A stretch of 32,000 nt of DNA from an uncultured Muribaculaceae bacterium. GTDB lineage: Bacteria > Pseudomonadota > Alphaproteobacteria > Rs-D84. Below, in pieces: positions 26,065 to 32,000 of the stretch (positions are counted from its first letter, which is position 1; each line of letters begins with the position of its first letter). Location of the stretch: the NCBI GenBank assembly GCA_965231035.1, contig OZ246409.1, forward strand, positions 331,101 to 363,100, in the 5' to 3' direction. The notes under the pieces were generated by a model. The model made no database searches and was not told the DNA's origin. It worked only from the letters and a program-made list of their open reading frames with translations. Made by a program: the position numbers and the translations under genes.

Positions 26065-26289
26065 ATGCCTAATGTTATGCAACAGTTGTTCGTTATGAAC
26101 ATAGAATCATTGTTAAAAGAATATGCGGCGTATCGTGCTTTTAATAAATCAGATTGTGTTATAAATATGCGAATTCCACGACCAATTCTGGAACATATAA
26201 AAGAACTGGCCGACCAACAACATGTCCCCTATCAATCGCTAATATCATCTGTTCTCTTTTCCTTGGCAAATATAGAAGATAAAAAATAA
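26065..26289 (+). CDS. BrnA/CopG-like ribbon-helix-helix DNA-binding protein (74 aa), orphan antitoxin-like
   Basis: INMRIPRPILEHIKELADQQHVPYQSLISSVLFSLA matches the BrnA-type pattern (I.[LM]R[LI]P..LL..[IL]K..A....[VI]PYQSLI). A GGGGG RBS lies 6-7 nt upstream of the ATG. The track's longer ORF from 25912 is not preferred. Confidence 0.7.
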   Translation: MPNVMQQLFVMNIESLLKEYAAYRAFNKSDCVINMRIPRPILEHIKELADQQHVPYQSLISSVLFSLANIEDKK

Positions 26290-26321
26290 AAACTGTATAA
26301 TGTAGAAACTAAAATATATTA

Positions 26322-26345
26322 AAAAACTCCCAAACGGGAGTTTTT
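26322..26345. terminator. Bidirectional terminator hairpin between the RHH gene and the methyltransferase gene
   Basis: aaaaactccc / aaac / gggagttttt, flanked by A-runs and T-runs. Confidence 0.65.
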
Positions 26346-26901
26346 ATTTTTGTTTATAAATATATAACCAATGTTGAATTCTGCCATCGTGATAAATTTT
26401 AACTTTATTTGTTGGTTTAATATTTGGCAAAGGAAAATCAACAGAAAATAACGTCTTAAATCTGGACAAATATTTTTCAACATTTCGCATTTCTGGTGTT
26501 AATAAGTAAGATATTCCAATATCAAAGTTTTTACCTGTTTTATCCAAATACTTGAAAGCATCTCCAAAAACAATTTTTATATTCTTTAAAAATTTTGTGT
26601 TAATTAATGATTTCAGATATGGCGTTGGCATCATTTCTATTCCAGTTATACTTGCATTTGGGAACTGTTTTGCCACAGCACAAACCATATTACCCCAGCC
26701 ACTACCTATATCTAATACCGTTTTTACATCTGGAAAGTCTTTTTTTATTTGTGCCACTACTGCTGCTGTCTTTTTTTTACCAGCAGAAACGGCTGGTGCT
26801 CTTCTTGTAGCAACAGTTATAACTTGTTCAATCCCCATCAGAAAAAGGGTTACTGAAACTGTAATAAACAGAAAAATATAAAGGTAAACCAAAAAAAACA
26901 T
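26344..26901 (-). CDS. Class I SAM-dependent methyltransferase with an N-terminal TM anchor
   Basis: VLDIGSGWGNM (motif I), ITGIEM (motif II), and the hydrophobic N-terminus MFFLVYLYIFLFITVSVTLFLMG. Confidence 0.6.
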   Translation of the reverse strand: MFFLVYLYIFLFITVSVTLFLMGIEQVITVATRRAPAVSAGKKKTAAVVAQIKKDFPDVKTVLDIGSGWGNMVCAVAKQFPNASITGIEMMPTPYLKSLINTKFLKNIKIVFGDAFKYLDKTGKNFDIGISYLLTPEMRNVEKYLSRFKTLFSVDFPLPNIKPTNKVKIYHDGRIQHWLYIYKQK

Positions 26902-26920
26902 TTTTAGAACTTCAATGTTT

Positions 26921-26945
26921 AAAAAACCGTGCTTTGCACGGTTTT
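26921..26945 (-). terminator. Terminator hairpin after the pilin-like gene
   Basis: aaaaccgtgc / ttt / gcacggtttt. Confidence 0.55.
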
Positions 26946-26952
26946 AATTACT

Positions 26953-27270
26953 TTACCAACCTACCAACGCACAATTAGCTATATTAGGTAAGAAGTTAAG
27001 AACAATTCCGATACCAAACAATAATGTAAAACCGACCAAAAGACCTGTACCTTTTTTCTTTAAATCGTCCATTTTGGCTTCACCAGCTGTTATGTACCCC
27101 CAAGCCCAACCAGCAATCATAAAGCCGGCACCAACGAAAGCCAAAGTACGAAGTGTTTTAAAAACACCCTGCATGCTGGCAATTAATGCGCAAACATCAC
27201 CAGTTGCTGCATTGGCCGCGCCCATTCCGGCAAAAATTGCAACTAAACTAAAAAATAAACTTTTTTTCAT
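26953..27270 (-). CDS. TrbC/VirB2-like small membrane protein (putative T4SS pilin)
   Basis: A strong AAGGAG RBS and the signal peptide MKKSLFFSLVAIFAGMGAANA. The ~85-aa mature part has two hydrophobic helices separated by a charged loop (GEAKMDDLKKKG), which is VirB2-like topology. Call rests on topology and size only. Confidence 0.4.
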   Translation of the reverse strand: MKKSLFFSLVAIFAGMGAANAATGDVCALIASMQGVFKTLRTLAFVGAGFMIAGWAWGYITAGEAKMDDLKKKGTGLLVGFTLLFGIGIVLNFLPNIANCALVGW

Positions 27271-27403
27271 ATAAAAACTCCTTGTTATTTGATGTGATTG
27301 TACCATTATTTTAGTTATATTTCAAGGCAAGATACTTAAAAACTGTAAATAAAAATCCCTTAAATTTATGATATAATCAAAATGTAATATATGGGAGATT
27401 TTT

Positions 27404-28351
27404 ATGAAATTTTCAGATTTTGGGCTGGTGAACTCGAAAAATATGTTTGTGGACGCGATGAAACGCAAGTTTGCAGTACCTGCTTTTAATTTTTACAATA
27501 TGGAAACTCTGAAATCCATTATTGCCGCCGCCGATGAATGCCACAGTCCTGTTATTTTGGGCGTGTCCGAATCCGCCCTTAAATATATGGATGATGATTT
27601 GTTGATGGGTATGATTTACGGTTTAAAGTTAAAATCAAAAAACATCGTTTTGCACCTGGATCACGGACACAGTTTTGAATCTTGCAAACATGCAATTGAT
27701 ATCGGATTTTCCAGCGTGATGTTCGACGGCAGTGAATTGCCCTTTGCCGAAAATGTTAAACAAACCAAACGCGTTGTAAATTATGCAAAAAAGTTTAATG
27801 TATCAGTAGAGGCTGAATTGGGAACATTATCCGGAATCGAAGACGAAAACACAAAATCAGAAAATCACAGTTATACCGATCCCAGGGACGTTATAAAATT
27901 TGTTTCTGAAACAGGATGTGATTCTTTGGCAATTGCAATTGGAACCAGTCATGGTGCATACAAAAGAAAAAGTCCGAATGAAAAACTGCGTTTTGATATT
28001 CTGAAAGAAGTATCTAAGAAACTTTCAAAGTTTCCTTTGGTACTACATGGTGCTTCGACAATCCCGCAAAATTTTGTAAAAAACATAAATAAAAATGGTG
28101 GAAAATTATGTCATCCACTTGGTATCCCAGAGGCCCAGATAAAAAAAGCCGTCAAAATGAATATCTGCAAAGTTAATGTGGACAGTGACGCCCGTTTGGC
28201 TTTTACCGCCGCAGTTCGTGAAAGTTTAAATAAAAATCCAGAAAACTTTGACCCCAGAAAATATCTGACCACCGCCATGGAAAATATGAAAAAGATTTAT
28301 ATTCATGAAATTAAAAATGTTATGAATTCTGAAAATAAATCAAAAAAATAA
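27404..28351 (+). CDS. fba: Class II fructose-1,6-bisphosphate aldolase
   Basis: FAVPAFNFYNMETL, HLDHG, EAELG, TSHGAYK and LVLHGAS. An extended -10 (TGATATAAT at 27369-27377) and a GGGAGA RBS lie upstream. Confidence 0.9.
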   Translation: MKFSDFGLVNSKNMFVDAMKRKFAVPAFNFYNMETLKSIIAAADECHSPVILGVSESALKYMDDDLLMGMIYGLKLKSKNIVLHLDHGHSFESCKHAIDIGFSSVMFDGSELPFAENVKQTKRVVNYAKKFNVSVEAELGTLSGIEDENTKSENHSYTDPRDVIKFVSETGCDSLAIAIGTSHGAYKRKSPNEKLRFDILKEVSKKLSKFPLVLHGASTIPQNFVKNINKNGGKLCHPLGIPEAQIKKAVKMNICKVNVDSDARLAFTAAVRESLNKNPENFDPRKYLTTAMENMKKIYIHEIKNVMNSENKSKK

Positions 28352-28380
28352 CCGCCAAATGGCGGTTTAAAATTTTTGAA
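28350..28380 (+). terminator. Terminator hairpin after fba
   Basis: aaccgcc / aaat / ggcggtt followed by a T-rich tract. Confidence 0.5.
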
Positions 28381-28382
28381 AT

Positions 28383-28477
28383 AAATTAGAATGATGCAGG
28401 TGCGAAGCATTTGATATAGGGAGTGTAAAATGTTACATGACCGAAATCAAATGCCAGCAGATGCGTTATTATAATTT
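28383..28477. repeat. Palindromic intergenic element, copy C (diverged, ~95 bp)
   Basis: Arms aaattagaatgatgcaggtgcgaagcatttgat / atcaaatgccagcagatgcgttattataattt surround the core gagtgtaaaatgttacatgac, which resembles the cores of copies A and B. Its right end overlaps the efp stop codon. Confidence 0.6.
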
Positions 28478-29045
28478 ATTTTGACCTTTCGACATATTCC
28501 AAGGTTTCCGTATTAACCACAATTTTTTCACCCTGTTCAACGAAAACCGGAACTTGGACGCGAACACCGTTATCCAATATTGCAGGTTTACCACCGGAAC
28601 CAGAAACTGTCTGACCACGCAAAGCTGGTTCGGTTTCAACAATAGTTGCAATAACTGTTTTTGGCAATGTGATTGAAATCGGCTGACCTTCTACAAAGTT
28701 TGTCTTAACCATCATTTCAGGCTTCAAGAACTTTACCTGTTCGCCCAAAGAATCTTCTGGCATTGTGAATTGTTCGTAATCTGACATATTCATAAAATAA
28801 GAATTTGTTCCGTCCGAATACAAATATTGACAGTCCATATCTTCAACCAACAACTTTTCAACTTTATCTTCGGCACGCCAACGATCGCCACCCTTATTCC
28901 CAGTGTCAATATCACGCAAGTCGGCTTGAACAAACGCGCCGCCTTTACCTGGTTTTACCTTGGTAATAGATGTAACTGTGTATCTTTTGCCGTTGTGAGA
29001 AATTGCCCAACCAACACGCATATCGTTTGCTGTATGTGATGCCAT
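28476..29045 (-). CDS. efp: Elongation factor P
   Basis: VKPGKGGAFVQADLRD (the conserved loop Lys context) and three-domain length. Confidence 0.93.
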   Translation of the reverse strand: MASHTANDMRVGWAISHNGKRYTVTSITKVKPGKGGAFVQADLRDIDTGNKGGDRWRAEDKVEKLLVEDMDCQYLYSDGTNSYFMNMSDYEQFTMPEDSLGEQVKFLKPEMMVKTNFVEGQPISITLPKTVIATIVETEPALRGQTVSGSGGKPAILDNGVRVQVPVFVEQGEKIVVNTETLEYVERSK

Positions 29046-29103
29046 TTTTAAACCTCTTATTAACTAACCGTCAGATTATACAATAAAAACCCAAATTTGC
29101 AAG

Positions 29104-29649
29104 CTATGCTTTACCTTCGCATTTTTTTGCCCGATATCTGTCGATGCTTTCCATTATAACTTTGTCTGCACGTTCACGATCTGCCCATCCAATAATCTTA
29201 GACCATTTGTTTGGTTCCAAATCTTTATAGTGGTGGAAAAAGTATTCTATTTTTGCACGCAGGATTTCTGGCAATTCTTCAATAAAAGAAATATTTGTGT
29301 AATATGGGTCAATTTTATCGCGTGGAACACAGATTATTTTTTCATCCCCACCTGCTTGGTCTTCCATCAGCAAAACGCCGATTGGTCTGACTTCAATCAA
29401 AACACCTGGGCGCAGTGGAGCATTACAAACAACAACACAATCCAATGGATCACCATCGTCACCAAGTGTTCCTGGAAAATAACCGTAATTCGCGGGATAA
29501 GCAACCGGAGTGTGCAGAATTCTGTCCACTTTCAGCAATCCGCTGGCTTTATCAATTTCATATTTTACAATACCATTTTCAGGCACTTCTATAATAGCGT
29601 TCATTCTTTTTGGTGGCATATCGCCCGGTGATATATTTTCCATAACCAT
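29104..29649 (-). CDS. ppa: Inorganic pyrophosphatase (family I)
   Basis: IIEVPENGIVKYEIDK...YPANYGYFPGTLGDDGDPLDCVV...DEKIICVP. Confidence 0.92.
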   Translation of the reverse strand: MVMENISPGDMPPKRMNAIIEVPENGIVKYEIDKASGLLKVDRILHTPVAYPANYGYFPGTLGDDGDPLDCVVVCNAPLRPGVLIEVRPIGVLLMEDQAGGDEKIICVPRDKIDPYYTNISFIEELPEILRAKIEYFFHHYKDLEPNKWSKIIGWADRERADKVIMESIDRYRAKKCEGKA

Positions 29650-29721
29650 AATTATTCCTTGTTTTGTGCGGCAAATGATAACATAGAAAAATCAAATTGC
29701 AATACTGATTATGAAAATTCT

Positions 29722-29750
29722 ATTAAAAAACCGCCAATTTGGCGGTTTTA
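29722..29750 (-). terminator. Terminator hairpin after dnaN
   Basis: aaaaccgcc / aattt / ggcggtttt, flanked by A-runs and T-runs. Confidence 0.6.
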
Positions 29751-29752
29751 TT

Positions 29753-30871
29753 TTACATTTTCAAAGGCATCAAGATGAATAACGAATCCGTCTTTTTGTC
29801 TGTTGATTTAATAATTGTTGGTGACATAGAATCCTGCATTTCCATTTGGAATTTATCACCTTCGATTTGACCAGCAATATCCAACAAGAATTTAACACTG
29901 AATAAAATTGTGAATGAATTATCACCATTGTATTCGATATCCAGTTCTTGGGTTGCAGTTCCGGCCTCGGCGCTGGATGCATTGATAACCAGTTTGTTCA
30001 TTGAAAAACTTAACTGAACCGATTTTGTTTTATCAACGCTGGCAACAGAAACCAAGTCAACTGCGGAAATAAATTGTTTTCTGTCAAATATTGCAATTTT
30101 GTCATTGCCCTTTGGAATAACAACACGATAGTTTGGATACTGTGCGTCAACCAATTTGCTTGTCAAGATTGCAGTACCTACTGTAAATCTGGCCTTGGTA
30201 TCTGACAATTCAACATGAACGTCGTCAACGGTTGCATCTTCTAATAATTTTGACAATTCACCAATAACGCGGCGTGGCAAAATAACAGATGGCATTTCCA
30301 AACTTCCCGATGGAGCTGACATATGACACAAAGCCATACGCTGTGCGTCTGTTGCAACAGCAGTCAGCATTTTTGCTTTGCCTTCTTCAGCAATGTGGAA
30401 ATAGATACCACCCAAATGATAACGAACATCATCAACAGGGATTGCAAACTTTGTTGTATTAATCAAATTTGCCAAATCACCAGTTGTCATTTGGAATTTT
30501 GTTGTCAGGTTGCTGCCTGCCATTGCTGGGAAATTTTCAGCTGGCAAAGTTGGCAAACGGAAAACTGCACGACCACTGGAAACAACCAATTGGTCACCAG
30601 ATTGTTTAAAATTGATTTCTGCATCATCAGGCAACTTACGAACGATATCGTACAGCATCTGAACTGGAACTGTGATTTTACCAGGCAAAGTGATATCGGC
30701 TGTGACGTGTTCAACCAATTCCAAATCTACGTTGGTTGCGGACAGAATCATATCATCTGCAACTTCGATTTTTACGTTCATCAAAATAGGCAAAGTTGCA
30801 CGCTTTTCAACAATAGATTGCATATGTCCCAAAGCACGTATCAAAACCTGGCGAAATACTGAAAATTCCAT
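29753..30871 (-). CDS. dnaN: DNA polymerase III beta sliding clamp
   Basis: 372 aa. MEFSVFRQVLIRALGHMQSIVEKRATLPILMNVKIEV... fits the three-domain clamp pattern, and the C-terminus is ...SLFILMPLKM. Confidence 0.9.
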   Translation of the reverse strand: MEFSVFRQVLIRALGHMQSIVEKRATLPILMNVKIEVADDMILSATNVDLELVEHVTADITLPGKITVPVQMLYDIVRKLPDDAEINFKQSGDQLVVSSGRAVFRLPTLPAENFPAMAGSNLTTKFQMTTGDLANLINTTKFAIPVDDVRYHLGGIYFHIAEEGKAKMLTAVATDAQRMALCHMSAPSGSLEMPSVILPRRVIGELSKLLEDATVDDVHVELSDTKARFTVGTAILTSKLVDAQYPNYRVVIPKGNDKIAIFDRKQFISAVDLVSVASVDKTKSVQLSFSMNKLVINASSAEAGTATQELDIEYNGDNSFTILFSVKFLLDIAGQIEGDKFQMEMQDSMSPTIIKSTDKKTDSLFILMPLKM

Positions 30872-30979
30872 TTCTTGCTCCTGTTAATCAAATAAATTCA
30901 TTTCATCAGCCAGATTTTAGCAAAAAATGCCGATTCGGAGCAAGGGTAAAAACAAGCCCTTTTTTGGCACTTTACAATC

Positions 30980-31011
30980 ATATAAAAAATAAATCCGCCC
31001 TGTTTGGGCGG
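30980..31011 (-). terminator. Terminator hairpin after cdaA
   Basis: ccgccc / tgttt / gggcgg followed on the minus strand by a U-rich tract. Confidence 0.55.
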
Positions 31012-31014
31012 TTT

Positions 31015-31782
31015 TTATTTTTTCATTAATCTTTCAATTTTTGATTTCAACTTTTTTAAATCGTCATATTTTTTTATTGCACCATGCTCGGCAATTGAAA
31101 TGTCACCTGTTTCTTCGGATACAACCAGCGCAACGGACTTTGACACCTCTGAAATTCCTATTGCTGCCCGGTGCCTGGTTCCGTATTTCCACTTTAACTC
31201 ATCTTTGGACAAAGGTAAAATTGCACCTGCGGATAAAATCTTATTATTTTCTACGATAACAGCACCATCATGCAGTGGCGTTTTATTAAAAAATATTGTC
31301 AGTAACAATTCGCTTGAAATTTCAGCATCCATAATTGTTCCTTTTTTTTCTATGGCTGCTTCATCCAATTCGTTTTGAAAGACAATCAATGCACCTGTTC
31401 TTTTAATAGACATATATTCCACAGCACTTACTATACTGTCTACAGATTTAGAAATTTTATCTTTGTCTGCATGGTTGGCACGTAAAGATATTGAATTAAA
31501 TACCCCACGAAAATTTCCCATCATCGCCAAAAGTTTTCTTAATTCTGGCTGGAAAATAACTATTAAACTTAAAGAAAGGAACAATGATGTCCAACGCAAA
31601 AAACCTCCTAGTAAAGTTAAATGTAAACGATTAAACACAAAACTGGCAATCCAAAGTGCCCCCAGACCAAATAAACCGTGTATTAATTTTTCCGAGGATG
31701 TATTTTTTATGAAAAGTCTGTAGAAAAACAAAAGTATTAACACAATAACAACCAGTTGAACAAGAATAACCCAATTAAACAA
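31015..31782 (-). CDS. cdaA: Membrane-bound diadenylate cyclase (CdaA/DisA_N family)
   Basis: N-terminal TM helices, then TGALIVFQ, PLHDGAVIV and GTRHRAAIGISEVSKSVALVVSEETGDIS (DAC domain motifs). Confidence 0.85.
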   Translation of the reverse strand: MFNWVILVQLVVIVLILLFFYRLFIKNTSSEKLIHGLFGLGALWIASFVFNRLHLTLLGGFLRWTSLFLSLSLIVIFQPELRKLLAMMGNFRGVFNSISLRANHADKDKISKSVDSIVSAVEYMSIKRTGALIVFQNELDEAAIEKKGTIMDAEISSELLLTIFFNKTPLHDGAVIVENNKILSAGAILPLSKDELKWKYGTRHRAAIGISEVSKSVALVVSEETGDISIAEHGAIKKYDDLKKLKSKIERLMKK

Positions 31783-31801
31783 TTTTTTACCCCCTTATAA
31801 T

Positions 31802-32000
31802 CTATTTTATAAATTTACCAACCAACTGAGACATCGGTTGATTTAACCAGTCAGGATCGCCTTTTTTTGCTGGCGCACCCTGTTCCATAGCAGTCTGACA
31901 AGGATGTTCGTCCGACAGCCAGTTTTCCAACAATCCGCCGGCCAACAATCCAACCCCTGCACCCGCAACCAGTCCTATACCACCAGTAAACGGTGCCAAC
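31802..32000 (-). CDS. Hypothetical protein with a glycine-zipper segment, N-terminus outside the window
   Basis: GGIGLVAGAGVGLLAGGLL glycine zipper. The frame is open to the window edge, and the track's initial M is a TTG at the edge. Confidence 0.3.
   Translation of the reverse strand, partial: LAPFTGGIGLVAGAGVGLLAGGLLENWLSDEHPCQTAMEQGAPAKKGDPDWLNQPMSQLVGKFIK

Noticed and set aside
29650-31014. Chromosomal replication origin near dnaN
   Set aside because: No dnaA gene is adjacent. I saw no cluster of DnaA-box-like 9-mers (TTATCCACA or its complement) or an AT-rich DUE repeat in the flanking intergenic regions. The hairpins present are ordinary terminators.

Overview
AT-rich chromosomal window from a diderm bacterium. 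The core proteins look proteobacterial and most resemble alphaproteobacterial or host-associated lineages, but the taxon cannot be verified from sequence alone. The housekeeping backbone is mostly on the minus strand: fusA (partial), rpsG, rpsL, mltG, tRNA-Pro(CGG), fabF, acpP, lepA, rbfA, ftsE-ftsX, a DUF218/YdcF-like gene, plsC, tolB, class II fba, efp, ppa, dnaN and cdaA. Several accessory blocks lie between these genes. (1) A co-directional module at 15.4-20.2 kb has a small beta-barrel OMP gene followed by four genes for Sec-signal-bearing fibre proteins. These are built from collagen G-X-Y runs and phage-tail-fibre-type repeats, show gene-conversion footprints, and have no phage genes nearby. 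(2) An array of 11 tandem 12-bp iterons with an embedded near-consensus promoter lies directly upstream of an orphan BrnA/CopG-like RHH gene (25.9-26.3 kb). This resembles a ParR/parC-type or omega-type arrangement. (3) A tightly packed operon of three paralogous small Cys-motif proteins plus an NNPGNLR-motif protein sits between lepA and rbfA (12.7-14.4 kb). (4) Three copies of a ~100-bp palindromic intergenic element with terminal inverted repeats are present, two of them abutting stop codons. (5) A 32-bp direct repeat duplicates the 3' end of tRNA-Pro around a 158-bp insert. (6) A full-length P4-like integrase homologue appears to lack every catalytic residue. (7) Two secreted Cys-rich proteins carry eukaryote-like (ephrin-receptor/VSP-like) Cys spacing. 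All functional calls come from reading the translated ORFs and recognising motifs. No database search was possible.
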